Shown here one piece after another: positions 34,781 to 44,379 of a stretch of 62,576 bases of DNA. The position numbers and the translations under genes are program-made. Source of the DNA: Dehalococcoidia bacterium (GTDB lineage: Bacteria; Chloroflexota; Dehalococcoidia; UBA2979); contig JAIBBD010000005.1 of the NCBI GenBank assembly GCA_019694855.1, positions 1-62,576 on the forward strand, read 5' to 3'. Numbering within the stretch: position 1 is the first letter of the stretch; every line of letters starts with the position of its first letter. Under the pieces are notes generated by a model. That model did no database searches, was not told the origin of the DNA, and saw only the letters and a program-made list of their open reading frames with translations.

Positions 34781-37700
34781 TTGAACCTGAGCGCATTGCT
34801 TCCGGCCCTGGCGGCGACGCCGCCGCTGACCGAGGTGTACGCACGCCTCGAGGCGCGGGCGAAGGTCACGCTGGGGCTCATCGACGCGAGCAAGGCGGTG
34901 ACGGCCGCGCTGCTCTGGCGGCGGCAGCGGGCGCCGGTGCTCCTCGTCGTGCCGCGCGAGGTCGATGCGGAGGCGATGCTCGACCAGCTGCGGGCATGGG
35001 CGGGGGACGCCGCGGTGCACTTCCCGGCGCGCGGGACGCTGCCGTACGCGGAGGAGGGGCCGAACGCCTCGGTGACGGCCCAGCGGCTGGCGGTGCTATC
35101 GCGGCTGGCGCATTCGACCTCGGGCGGGGAGCCGCCACTCGTGGTGGCGAGCACGGCGGCGGTGATCGAGCACACGCTGCGGCCGGCCGACCTCGGGCGA
35201 GGGCCGGGCGTGATCGAGGCCGGGATGCGGCTTCCGCTCGACACGCTGGCGGCGCGCCTGGTGGAGGCCGGGTACGTCGTTGAGCCGATCGTGCAGGAGC
35301 CGGGCGAAGCGGCGCGGCGCGGGGGGCTGCTCGACGTCTTCCCGCCGGACGCGGAGTCGCCGATCCGCATCGAGTGGTTCGGGAGCGAGATCGACTCAAT
35401 CCGGGCGTTTGACCCGGCAACACAGCGGACGCGCGGGCAGCTCGAGCGGGTGGTGATTGGTCCGGCGCACGAGTGGTTCGCGGAGCCGGCAGACCTCGTG
35501 CAGCTGGCGGCACGCCTGGACGGGGTCGAGGGCGCCGAGCTCGAGGAGCACCTGCACGCGCTACGACGCGGCGAGCTGGTGATGCCGGCGCGCTACGGTC
35601 CGCTGGCAACTGACGCCACGCTCCTCGACCACCTGCCCGCGGGCGCGCTGCTCGTCCTTGATGAGCGGGAGGCGGTGGAGGCGGCGGCAAGCGACCTCGA
35701 AGAGCTGGCCGCGGAGCGGCGCGAGGAGTTGACGGCGCAGCACGTGCTGACGGCGGCGACGCCGTTGCCGCAGGCCTCGCGGTCAGCGTTCGAGGTCGCG
35801 GTGGACCGGCAGCTGCCGCGGGTCGACCTCTCGCGCTGGGCGACGGGGACCGAGCCGGGGGCGTTCCGGTTGCCGTTCCAGCCTCGCGACGCGTACGCGG
35901 GGCGGCTGCCCGCGGCAGCCTCGGACACGCTGCGGGAGCTGCGGCGGGGCGACCGCGTGGTCACGGTCACACAGCAGGCGCAGCGGTATCGGGAGGTGCT
36001 GGCGGACGCCGAGGTGCAGGCGGGGGTAGTCGACGCGGTCGGGAAGCCGCTCGGCGGCGGGGAGTTCGCGCTCGTGCAGGGGGCGCTGCCCGAGGGGTGG
36101 CAGGTGGCGACGCCGCAGGGGGTGGTGTCGCTGACCACCGACCGCGAGCTGTTTGGCTTCGTGAAGCGGCGGCGGACGCTGCGGCGCGCCGGTTCGGCCT
36201 CGCAGCGCTCGCGCTTCCTCGCGGAGGTGGCGCCGGGCGACTTCGTGGTGCACGCCGACCATGGCATCGCGCGGTTCGCGGGCATCATCCGGCGCGCGGT
36301 GGGGGACGAGGAGCGGGACTACCTCGAACTGCGGTACGCGGGCGACGACCGGCTGTACGTGCCGATCGACCAGGTGGACCGGGTCACGAGGTACGTGGGG
36401 CCCTCGGAGCACATCCCGCGGCTGACGCGGCTGGGGACGCAGGAGTGGAACCATGCGCGAGCGCGCGTGCGCGAGGCGGTCACGCTCGTGGCGGCGGACC
36501 TGCTGCGGCTGTACGCCGCGCGGCAGCTGCTGCACGGCCATGCGTTTCGCGAGGACACGCCCTGGCAACTCGAGATGGAGGCTGCGTTCCCCTTCGAGGA
36601 GACCGAGGACCAGCTGCGCACGATCGCGGAGGTGAAGGCCGACATGGAGTCGCCGCGGCCGATGGACCGCCTCATCTGCGGCGACGTCGGCTTCGGGAAG
36701 ACCGAGGTGGCGGTGCGAGCCGCGTTCAAGGCGGTGATGGACGGGATGCAGGTGGCGGTCCTCGTGCCGACGACCGTGCTGGCACAGCAGCATGAGCGGA
36801 CCTTCCGCGAGCGACTGGCGGCGTTCCCCGTGCGGGTCGAGATGCTTTCGCGATTCCGCTCGGACCACGAGGCGCGGGAGATCATCGCCGCGCTGAAGGC
36901 AGGCGAGATCGACATCGTGATCGGTACGCACCGGTTGCTGCAGCCGAGCGTGGAGTTCGCGAACCTCGGGCTGGTGATCATCGACGAGGAGCAGCGCTTT
37001 GGCGTGGCGCACAAGGAGCGGCTGAAGCGCATGCGCCTCGAGGTGGACGTGTTGTCGCTCTCGGCGACGCCGATTCCTCGGACGCTGCACATGTCGCTGA
37101 CGGGCATCCGCGACATGTCCAGCATCGAATCGGCGCCGGTGGACCGGCACCCGGTGCAGACGTTCGTCGCGGAGTGGGACCCGGCGCTCGTGCGCGAGGC
37201 GATCCTGCGCGAGCTCGACCGGGGCGGGCAGATCTACGTCGTGCACAACCGGGTGCAGTCGATTGACCTGCTCGCGGATCGCCTGCGGGAGCTGGTGCCA
37301 CAGGCGCGCGTGGTGGTGGGCCACGGGCAGATGTCGGAGGTGCTCCTCGAGCGGGTGATGGAGCGTTTCGCGGACGCCGAGTACGACATCCTCGTCTGCA
37401 CGACGATCATCGAGTCGGGCATCGATATCCCGAACGTGAACACGCTGATCATCGACAACGCCGACCAGCTCGGCCTCGCCCAGCTCTACCAGTTGCGAGG
37501 GCGTGTCGGGCGCTCGACGCAGCAGGCGTATGCGTACCTGCTGCACTCCCGCGAGCGCATCCTGAGCGAGGTGGCACAGCAGCGGCTGGCGACCATCTTC
37601 GAGGCGACCGAGCTTGGCTCGGGCTTCCAGGTGGCGCTGCGGGACCTGGAGATCCGGGGCGCGGGCAACCTGCTGGGGGCGGAGCAGAGCGGGCAGATCG

Positions 37701-38290
37701 CCTCGGTGGGGTTCGACCTGTACACGCAGATGCTGGCGGAGGCGGTCGAGGAGATGAAGGCAAAGACCTCGACGGCCATCCGCGAGGAGATCCCCGTGGC
37801 GCAGCCGGTGGCGGCGCCGGTGCGGGCGGCCCGGGCGGTGAAGATCGACCTGCCGGTGTCGGCGTTCATCCCCGAGTCGTACGTCGAGGAGATCGAGGCG
37901 CGGCTGGCGCTGTACCAGCGGATCGCGGGCCTCACCTCGCTGCCCGAGACGGAGGCGCTGCGCGCCGAGACGGCGGACCGCCTCGGGCCGTTGCCGGAGG
38001 CGCTGGAGCAGCTGTTCGCACTCGTGCGAATCCGGCTGGCGGCCGGGGCGGCCGACGTGGCCTCGGTGCGGCTGGAGGAGGGCGAGGTGGTGGTCACATC
38101 GCGCGACGACCGCCCCTTCGGCCCTCGGCGGCTGCCGTCGCTGCCTCGCGCCGTGCGGGTGGGGCGAACACAGCTGCGGCTGCCAAAGGCGCTCCTTGGC
38201 GAGCGCTGGCTGGACGGGATCGAGGCGTTGTTGCGCCTGGTGGCGACGGGGACCGCGGCGGCGGAACGGGAGGCCGCGGGGGTGGCGTAG
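34781..38290 (+). CDS. mfd: Transcription-repair coupling factor Mfd
   Basis: 1169 aa. The CarD-like segment is GDFVVHADHGIARFAG. The helicase motifs are GDVGFGKTEVA, DEEQRFGV and SATPIPRTL. The TRG region is QLYQLRGRVGRS. Confidence 0.95.
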   Translation: MNLSALLPALAATPPLTEVYARLEARAKVTLGLIDASKAVTAALLWRRQRAPVLLVVPREVDAEAMLDQLRAWAGDAAVHFPARGTLPYAEEGPNASVTAQRLAVLSRLAHSTSGGEPPLVVASTAAVIEHTLRPADLGRGPGVIEAGMRLPLDTLAARLVEAGYVVEPIVQEPGEAARRGGLLDVFPPDAESPIRIEWFGSEIDSIRAFDPATQRTRGQLERVVIGPAHEWFAEPADLVQLAARLDGVEGAELEEHLHALRRGELVMPARYGPLATDATLLDHLPAGALLVLDEREAVEAAASDLEELAAERREELTAQHVLTAATPLPQASRSAFEVAVDRQLPRVDLSRWATGTEPGAFRLPFQPRDAYAGRLPAAASDTLRELRRGDRVVTVTQQAQRYREVLADAEVQAGVVDAVGKPLGGGEFALVQGALPEGWQVATPQGVVSLTTDRELFGFVKRRRTLRRAGSASQRSRFLAEVAPGDFVVHADHGIARFAGIIRRAVGDEERDYLELRYAGDDRLYVPIDQVDRVTRYVGPSEHIPRLTRLGTQEWNHARARVREAVTLVAADLLRLYAARQLLHGHAFREDTPWQLEMEAAFPFEETEDQLRTIAEVKADMESPRPMDRLICGDVGFGKTEVAVRAAFKAVMDGMQVAVLVPTTVLAQQHERTFRERLAAFPVRVEMLSRFRSDHEAREIIAALKAGEIDIVIGTHRLLQPSVEFANLGLVIIDEEQRFGVAHKERLKRMRLEVDVLSLSATPIPRTLHMSLTGIRDMSSIESAPVDRHPVQTFVAEWDPALVREAILRELDRGGQIYVVHNRVQSIDLLADRLRELVPQARVVVGHGQMSEVLLERVMERFADAEYDILVCTTIIESGIDIPNVNTLIIDNADQLGLAQLYQLRGRVGRSTQQAYAYLLHSRERILSEVAQQRLATIFEATELGSGFQVALRDLEIRGAGNLLGAEQSGQIASVGFDLYTQMLAEAVEEMKAKTSTAIREEIPVAQPVAAPVRAARAVKIDLPVSAFIPESYVEEIEARLALYQRIAGLTSLPETEALRAETADRLGPLPEALEQLFALVRIRLAAGAADVASVRLEEGEVVVTSRDDRPFGPRRLPSLPRAVRVGRTQLRLPKALLGERWLDGIEALLRLVATGTAAAEREAAGVA

Positions 38291-38299
38291 ATCGCGCGC

Positions 38300-38999
38300 C
38301 TAGCGGCGCCAAGGCGTGTACCAGAGGATCCCCTTGATGCCACCACTGTCGAGTGACGGCGGAAGCCCGGCGGAGTCACCGCCCCGCGTGAAGTCGGCCC
38401 CCGGATCGATCACAAGCTGTTGGAGCACGAAACGGTCGCCTTCGCGTATGAACAGAAACCCGAGCGCGGTCCTTGCGCCGGGACGCGGGCAGCAATACGG
38501 GCACGGCCAACACGAACAGGTCATTGCAGGCACCAGGCTCGAAGCCGAGCCCGTTCAGCTGCGGGCATCCAACCGCAACCGAGCTCAGTTCTTGTCGTGC
38601 CTGATCCAGAGCGCGGCTCAGGGCCGCAGCATCGACGATGTCCAGCCCGGGCTTCCCGCCGATGGGGTAGGTGATCGAGACGCGCGGCTCAATCGCACCG
38701 TAGTCCCCCGCCTCGATCGTCGCGAGAAGAGACACGGCCGCGGTACAGCCGGCGGGAGTCAGGGGGCAGCTCGTGACGGGCGTCGCTCCGACTGGGACCT
38801 CGTCTCCGTAACCCTTCCCTGTGTCCGGGCCGCTCGGCGGCGGCGCGATTCCTGACGGTTTCCCCTCCAGCGGTAGCGCGGTTGCATCGCCAGCCAAGGT
38901 CGCGGTGGTGGACGCGGCAGGTGCGCCGTTCGGACGCCCGTCGGCACACGCTCCGATGAACATGACCGCCAGGGCGGGCGCGCCGAGTCTTCCCGTCAC
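38300..38999 (-). pseudogene. Lipoprotein-like envelope gene carrying an apparent frameshift near 38460-38495
   Basis: Two reverse-strand ORFs in different frames (38376..38999 and 38300..38533) are each protein-like over only part of their length. Frame A reads MTGRLGAPALAVMFIGAC...FVLAVPVLLPA and then turns into Arg-rich text. Frame B starts as Cys/Pro junk and then reads ...ALGFLFIREGDRFVLQQLVIDPGADFTRGGDSAGLPPSLDSGGIKGILWYTPWRR-stop. The GTG start overlaps the upstream stop (GTGA, 38996-38999). Confidence 0.5.
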
Positions 39000-39595
39000 C
39001 GGTCTTCCTGTCGCAGCATCGATTCGATCACCTCGCGTGCCCGATCCGTATCGGGGCGCGCCGTGCCCTCGAAGACGACGACGCGGTCGTACCGCGTGCT
39101 CCTCGCCATGAACACGAACTGGAAGTCGGGACCGACGTCGTAGCCCTCGGGCGGAGCGCCGAGCGTCCAGATGCGCGCGCCCTCGACGGTCGTTACGACC
39201 GGCAAGAATTCGTTCGGGACGTGCACGGAGCCCGGGGCGAACTGGTCCACCCAGAAGCGGGAGGGATCCCGCCCCTCGATTTCGTAGAGGAAGTACGCGC
39301 CGAGGTACCCGACGGCCGGCGGCGTGGCCACCACCGCACTCATCCCTGTGAGTTGATGCCCGCCTCGGGGCAGGACGGTCGGCAGCAGAGGGCGCATTCC
39401 AGTCCGCTCCTCGATGTAGTCGAGCGCCTCGGCGCGCGTCGCGGTGGTCACAAGCCTCTCGCCGTCACGAATCTCGACCGCTGTCGCCTCGTGATCCTGC
39501 GCGAACCAGAGCCCGCCGCACAACGCCGCGACCAGCAACGGGGGAAGCGCATACACGAGGAGCAGCCACACGCGGGGCGGCAGGCGCCGGCTCAT
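38996..39595 (-). CDS. Membrane-anchored extracytoplasmic protein (DUF4367-like fold suspected)
   Basis: MSRRLPPRVWLLLVYALPPLLVAALCGGLWF (anchor) ...RPLLPTVLPRGGHQLTGMSAV...YFLYEIEG.... The ATG overlaps the upstream stop (ATGA, 39592-39595). Confidence 0.6.
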   Translation of the reverse strand: MSRRLPPRVWLLLVYALPPLLVAALCGGLWFAQDHEATAVEIRDGERLVTTATRAEALDYIEERTGMRPLLPTVLPRGGHQLTGMSAVVATPPAVGYLGAYFLYEIEGRDPSRFWVDQFAPGSVHVPNEFLPVVTTVEGARIWTLGAPPEGYDVGPDFQFVFMARSTRYDRVVVFEGTARPDTDRAREVIESMLRQEDR

Positions 39596-40521
39596 GGTTC
39601 GAAGGCGACCGTGAGCACGAACGGTCCGCCTGCCTCGAGCGCGTCGAGGCGCGCGAGGGTGTCGGGGCTCGCCTCGGCGCGCACGATCGGCGGGACCTGT
39701 GCGCCGACATGCAGATCGAGGCGAGCAAGGGACTGATTCCTCGGCAGGGCGAAGCGGAACACGAAGTCCCGCAGCCCGGGGCCGTCGCCGAACGAACCGC
39801 CCATGAATGGCTGCTCCGTGCCGTCAGTCAGGACGAGGTGCGTCTCGCGGAGGTCGAGCGATTCGATTTCCTCGCGGATGAATCCGTCGAGGTGGCCCAC
39901 GACGACGACGCTTTCGTCGTCGCGCACGACTGAGGTGACGGTCGCGCTATGGCCGCCGACATCCACGGCGGAGGCGTTCAGGTTCGCCGTCTGCGTTGGG
40001 CCGCCGGTGGGCTCCAGTTCGAGGAGGAGCTCCAGCGCGACCTCGGTGAGATGGTCGCCTTCGGGCCCGGCTCCGATGGGGTCATCCGTCAAGGCGACGT
40101 GGGGGAACTCGACGCGCGCTCGTCCGGACGCCACACTCGCGGCGCCGTCGAAGCTCACCGTCAGCGTACGTCCGGAGATGCTGCCCTGGCGGATGGGATG
40201 TTCATTGCCGGCCGAATCGGTGAGCGTGGCGGGGCCGGGATCCTCCACGCGTGCGAGGTCAGGCCGGCCGAGGACGGTGACCTCGACGGTGGTCTCTGAC
40301 ACCGTCATGCGCAGGAGGCGAATCGAGGCCGGCACGACGGGTGCGCCGGCGTGGGAACCTCGTGCGAGCCTCGCGCCGTCGGCAGTGGCGAAGTGCGTCA
40401 GCACGACGGCGGCGGCTCCCACCCAGAGCATCACCCATAACGCACCGACCATCCGCCGGTGCAGGAGACGGATCGCCGCGTCGGCCATGAGACCGCCCTG
40501 CCTGATGTTCTTACCAAGCAT
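39592..40521 (-). CDS. Membrane-anchored beta-rich extracytoplasmic protein, unknown function
   Basis: Starts at ATG 40519-40521 (or ATG 40486-40488): MLGKNIRQGGLMADAAIRLLHRRMVGALWVMLWVGAAAVVLTHF.... Two beta-rich segments follow (SIRLLRMTVSETTVEVTVLG..., ATVTSVVRDDESVVVVGHLDG...). The upstream 130 aa of ORF 39592..40911 are Arg/Pro shadow text. Confidence 0.6.
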   Translation of the reverse strand: MLGKNIRQGGLMADAAIRLLHRRMVGALWVMLWVGAAAVVLTHFATADGARLARGSHAGAPVVPASIRLLRMTVSETTVEVTVLGRPDLARVEDPGPATLTDSAGNEHPIRQGSISGRTLTVSFDGAASVASGRARVEFPHVALTDDPIGAGPEGDHLTEVALELLLELEPTGGPTQTANLNASAVDVGGHSATVTSVVRDDESVVVVGHLDGFIREEIESLDLRETHLVLTDGTEQPFMGGSFGDGPGLRDFVFRFALPRNQSLARLDLHVGAQVPPIVRAEASPDTLARLDALEAGGPFVLTVAFEP

Positions 40522-40589
40522 AACGTCCGCCCATCCAGGGAGGTTCCTCCCTCGTGGCAACGGGACGCGCGAGCTATCGTTTAGGCACG

Positions 40590-41318
40590 ATGAACCATTC
40601 GCGTGTTGAGGCCGTGCTGTTCGACTTCGACGGGACGCTGGCGACGTACCGATCGCACCTCGGGGAGTACATCGCGGCGGCGGCCGAGTTCGGCGTGACG
40701 GTGACGGCGGAGGCACTCGCGGCGACGCTCGACGACTCCTGGCGGCAGTGGCAGACGCCGGAGGGCGTTGACCACTCGACGTCGTCCGGGTCGGAGGCGC
40801 AGTACAACGCGGAGGTGCGCTCGCGGCTGCATATCGCGCGGCTGGCCGCGGCCGGCGCAACGGGCGACCTCGAAGGGATCGCGGCTCGCATCTGCGAGCT
40901 GGAGTGCGCACCGGAGGCGTTCGAGGTGTACGCAGACACGCCGCCGGCCCTCGAACGGCTGCAGGCCGCCGGGGTACGCGTTGGCATCGTGTCGAATCAT
41001 GTCTGGCGGCTGCCGGAGGTCGTCGAGGCGCTCGGCCTGGGGAGCGCCGTGGACTTCGTGATCACGAGCGCGCGAGTGGGGTACCGCAAGCCGCACCCGG
41101 CGATCTACCGCATCGCCCTCGAGGCGGCGGGGTGCGCGGCGGAGGCGGCGCTGTTCGTCGGCGACAGCATCTCGCATGACGTCGAGGGGCCGCGGGCGGC
41201 GGGGATGCGTGCGGTGCTGATCGACCGCCGGGGGCGGTATGCGGACGGTGAGGCGATCCGGACGCTCGCGGAGCTCGAGGCGCCGGGGTTGGCGTTGCCG
41301 AGCGCGGAGCGCGCATGA
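40590..41318 (+). CDS. HAD-superfamily hydrolase (subfamily IA-like)
   Basis: From ATG 40590: MNHSRVEAVLFDFDGTLA (DxDGT motif I) ...GIVSNH...FVGDSISHDVEGPRAAGM. Confidence 0.8.
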   Translation: MNHSRVEAVLFDFDGTLATYRSHLGEYIAAAAEFGVTVTAEALAATLDDSWRQWQTPEGVDHSTSSGSEAQYNAEVRSRLHIARLAAAGATGDLEGIAARICELECAPEAFEVYADTPPALERLQAAGVRVGIVSNHVWRLPEVVEALGLGSAVDFVITSARVGYRKPHPAIYRIALEAAGCAAEAALFVGDSISHDVEGPRAAGMRAVLIDRRGRYADGEAIRTLAELEAPGLALPSAERA

Positions 41319-41788
41319 AGGCACAGGCGGTGCGGGTGGCGCTGACGCCGATCGACGAGCGCGAGCTGGCCGAGTTCCTCGCGTGGTTCGACCAGTACCG
41401 GCACGAACTCGAGCCGTTCGACCCGGCCGGGCCGGACCCGCACCCGCTGTCGCGCTACTGGGACGCGCTGCGGCGCGACCCGGAGTCGCAGGAGCTGCTG
41501 TGGATCGAGGCGGACGGGGTGCGCGCGGGCTTCCTGCTCGCGCGGGGCTTCGAGGACTGGCCGGCGACGGAGGACACCGTGGTGGACATCGCGGAGTGCT
41601 TCGTGGCGCCGGAGTTCCGGCGGCGAGGCGTGGGCCGCGCGGCCGTCGAGGCGGTGCTGGAGCGAGAACGGGCGCGTGGCACGGTGCTCGTGGAGGCCTC
41701 GATCCTGCCGGGGAACGCGGACGCGCTGGCGTTCTGGGCGGCGCTGGGATTCGCGCCTCGGGCGATTCGGACGGCGAGGCAGCCGTAA
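41315..41788 (+). CDS. GNAT-family N-acetyltransferase
   Basis: ...IAECFVAPEFRRRGVGRAAVEAVLE... (acetyl-CoA binding Q/RxxGxG/A) ...NADALAFWAALGF. The ATG overlaps the HAD stop (ATGA). Confidence 0.75.
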   Translation: MKAQAVRVALTPIDERELAEFLAWFDQYRHELEPFDPAGPDPHPLSRYWDALRRDPESQELLWIEADGVRAGFLLARGFEDWPATEDTVVDIAECFVAPEFRRRGVGRAAVEAVLERERARGTVLVEASILPGNADALAFWAALGFAPRAIRTARQP

Positions 41789-41824
41789 GGTAGGATCGCG
41801 CGAGGTGCTTCGAAGGGACCGCAC

Positions 41825-42703
41825 GTGATCTGGGACGTCCACTGCCATTTCCCGCGCAACTGGGATCCGTCCGTCGAGGTCGAGGCCGACGAACTCCTCG
41901 CGCGGCGGGCTGACGCGCTGCGGTCGGCGGGCGTGACGCGCGCCTCGCTGCTGTGCGGCGGGCGATTCGGGCTGCCCTACGAAGAGTCGATCGCGATGGC
42001 ACGGCGGCACGAGGACCTGTTCGTGCCGAGCGCGATGGTGGACCCGGACGAGATCACCGGGCGTGACGTGCGGCGGCTGCACGAGATGGGCTATCGCGGG
42101 CTGAAGATCATCGGCACGCGCCGCGATTACGATGACCGCCGGTACTTCACGGTGTACGAGGCGGCGGAGCTGCTGCGGATGCCGATCCTGTTCCACCTCG
42201 GGGTGATCGGCGGGGGGGTGGACTACTCGATTACACACCCGCGGCGGGACGCGCAGGCGGCGCAGACGATGCAACGCATGCGCGACATGGGGCGCAACTT
42301 CCTGCGGGATGTGTCGGCGATCCGGATGCGGCCGTTCCACCTCGACACCATCGCGAACAACTTCCCGGACCTGCGGATCATCGGCGCCCACCTCGGGGGG
42401 ACAGGGAACTACGACGAGGCGGCCTCGGTGGCGCGGTGGCGGCACAACGTGCTGTTCGACATGTCGGGGGGCGTGACGATCGAGCGGCACGCGATGGACC
42501 GCGACCTGATCGGCAAGGAGATCGGGGTCGAGAAGCTGGTGTGGGGATCGGACTGCCAGGACCACGAGATCGCGGAGCACGTGAAGCGCTTCGAGATCCT
42601 GTTCGACCAGCTGCGGCTTACGGACGACCAGACGGAGCGCATGTGGTACCGCAACGCCGCGGAGCTGTTCGGCGAGGCCGAGCCGACGACCGCCGTCGAG
42701 TGA
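41825..42703 (+). CDS. Amidohydrolase-2 / TIM-barrel metal-dependent hydrolase family protein
   Basis: GTG start. MIWDVHCHFPRNWD...GYRGLKIIG...ILFHLG...IIGAHLGG...WGSDC. This matches the His/Asp metal-ligand pattern of PF04909-type proteins. Confidence 0.7.
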   Translation: MIWDVHCHFPRNWDPSVEVEADELLARRADALRSAGVTRASLLCGGRFGLPYEESIAMARRHEDLFVPSAMVDPDEITGRDVRRLHEMGYRGLKIIGTRRDYDDRRYFTVYEAAELLRMPILFHLGVIGGGVDYSITHPRRDAQAAQTMQRMRDMGRNFLRDVSAIRMRPFHLDTIANNFPDLRIIGAHLGGTGNYDEAASVARWRHNVLFDMSGGVTIERHAMDRDLIGKEIGVEKLVWGSDCQDHEIAEHVKRFEILFDQLRLTDDQTERMWYRNAAELFGEAEPTTAVE

Positions 42704-42720
42704 TGCGCGGCTGACGCAGG

Positions 42721-44241
42721 ATGGTCGACCAGGAGCGCCAGGCCCCGCCCGAGGACGGTGAGGACACGTCGGACGACGCCTCGGGCCAGCTCGAAGAAGC
42801 GGTGCTGGACGACGCGGGCATCGATGCAGACCTCGAGAGCGTGGCCGGGCCCGAGCCGGGCGACGGGGATCTCGAGGGAGCGCCCGAGTCCGAACCGAGC
42901 GAGGCGGACCTCGATGTGACGGACTCGAACGAGGCAGCGCAGGCTGCGGCGGACGGGGAAGAAGCCGAACCCGAAGCCGAAGACGCTGGTGCGGACGCGG
43001 GCGAGGACGACGGCCTCGCAAGCGAGTTTGCGGCCGAGTTCCCCAATGCCAACTTCGACGGGCCGGAGGCGAACCTCGAAGCTCCGGATGAGGCACCGGC
43101 CGATGCTGAAGCCGCGGGCGAGGAGGCCGAGGCGGGCGCGGATGAAGAGGGCGAGGCTCTCGAGGCCGCCGCGCTCGAGTCGGCGGCCGAGGCGGCGGAG
43201 GCCGGGGAGACCGTCGCCGAGGGCGATGAGGCAGCGCCGGCGGCTGCGGTGTCCGAGGAGGCGGAAGCGCCCTCGCCCACGCCGGTCGGGGCGGACCCCG
43301 TGGCGGCGGCGGCCGCGGCGGTGACGCCGACGGTCGGGCGGTGGCGACGGCGCGAGGCACGGCCTCGACCGCCCCGTCCGAGCCGCTATACGACGGAAGC
43401 CCCGGAGTGGATCGCGCCCGAGTTCGAGCACCAGGCGGTGGAGGCACCGAGCCCGCCGCTGGGGCGCTCGCCGGGGCGGCTGCCCGCGGTGATCCTCGCG
43501 ATCCTGATGTCGGGCGTCTTCCTGCTCTTCGTGCTCATCAAGCCGACGCCGACCTGGCTGCTGCTGTTCGGCGCGATCATGGCGGCGCTGGGTACCGACG
43601 GGGTGCTGCGCTCGATCCGGCATCGCATCTTCGAGCGGGAGGGCGGGCCGGACACGGTCCCGCATCTCTTCCTGCCGACGCTGTTCGCGCTGTCGATCCC
43701 GCTGTTCATCCAGCAGAACCTCGAGAGCTACTGGGTGATCCCCGCCGCGCTGGTGGCGGGTGTGACATTCGTCCTGGTGGTGCTGGCGGAGGTGCCGGCG
43801 GAGGAGGCAGAGGACGACGAGTTCCGCGGCCGCGCACGGTTCGTGTCGGTGGCGGCGACGTACTTCGTGGGGTTCGCGCTGTTCTCGCTAACGTACACGT
43901 TCAAGCTGCAACTGCACGAGTCATTCCTCGTGGTGGCGCTGGTGTCGATGCTGCTGGCGGTAGAGCTGCTGCGCGAGGGCGAGATCGACCCCCTCGAGAC
44001 GCTGTTGCTGGCGGGGGTGGTGGGGGTGGTGGTCGCCGAGGCGCGGTGGGTGCTGAAGTACATGCCGATCGACGCGTACCCGGCGGGGCTGTCGCTGGTG
44101 CTGGTGTTCTACTTCGTGACGGGGATGGTGCACGCGTATATGACGCGCCACATCAACACGACGGTGGCGGCGGAGTACAGCATCGTGACGGCGCTGGGCC
44201 TGGCGCTGGTGGTGGCGGCGCGGGCGACGGGGATCGCGTAG
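42721..44241 (+). CDS. Membrane protein with ~230-aa hyper-acidic disordered N-terminus, basic hinge and ~6-TM C-terminal domain
   Basis: 506-aa ORF. The N-terminus is rich in D/E/A (…EDGEDTSDDASGQLEEAVLDDAGIDADLES…). A basic hinge RWRRREARPRPPRPSR follows, then hydrophobic helices (LPAVILAILMSGVFLLFVLI, WLLLFGAIMAALG, ...). The competing minus-strand ORFs are shadow text. Confidence 0.65.
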   Translation: MVDQERQAPPEDGEDTSDDASGQLEEAVLDDAGIDADLESVAGPEPGDGDLEGAPESEPSEADLDVTDSNEAAQAAADGEEAEPEAEDAGADAGEDDGLASEFAAEFPNANFDGPEANLEAPDEAPADAEAAGEEAEAGADEEGEALEAAALESAAEAAEAGETVAEGDEAAPAAAVSEEAEAPSPTPVGADPVAAAAAAVTPTVGRWRRREARPRPPRPSRYTTEAPEWIAPEFEHQAVEAPSPPLGRSPGRLPAVILAILMSGVFLLFVLIKPTPTWLLLFGAIMAALGTDGVLRSIRHRIFEREGGPDTVPHLFLPTLFALSIPLFIQQNLESYWVIPAALVAGVTFVLVVLAEVPAEEAEDDEFRGRARFVSVAATYFVGFALFSLTYTFKLQLHESFLVVALVSMLLAVELLREGEIDPLETLLLAGVVGVVVAEARWVLKYMPIDAYPAGLSLVLVFYFVTGMVHAYMTRHINTTVAAEYSIVTALGLALVVAARATGIA

Positions 44242-44302
44242 GGCGCAGGGCTGCCTCGGCATGGCCGCAGGTGGGTGACTCTGCTAGCATCGGATGTCCG
44301 GT

Positions 44303-44379
44303 CGGGGAGTGGCGCAGCCTGGTAGCGCACTTGACTGGGGGTCAAGAGGTCGCACGTTCAAATCGTGTCTCCCCGACCA
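44303..44379 (+). tRNA. tRNA-Pro (anticodon GGG)
   Basis: Manual cloverleaf. The acceptor stem pairs CGGGGAG with CTCCCCG. The D-arm is GCGC-AGCCTGGTA-GCGC. The anticodon arm is CTTGA-CTGGGGG-TCAAG, giving anticodon GGG. The T-arm is GCACG-TTCAAAT-CGTGT. The discriminator is A and CCA is encoded. Confidence 0.9.

Noticed and set aside
41105-43447. 780-aa minus-strand ORF, the longest non-mfd/copA ORF in the track
   Set aside because: The translation is Arg/Pro/Gly-rich shadow text (…RPRPHQRLRLRVRLLPRPPQP…). It lies antisense to four plus-strand genes that have clear family motifs (HAD, GNAT, amidohydrolase, membrane protein). This is the typical high-G+C antisense open frame.
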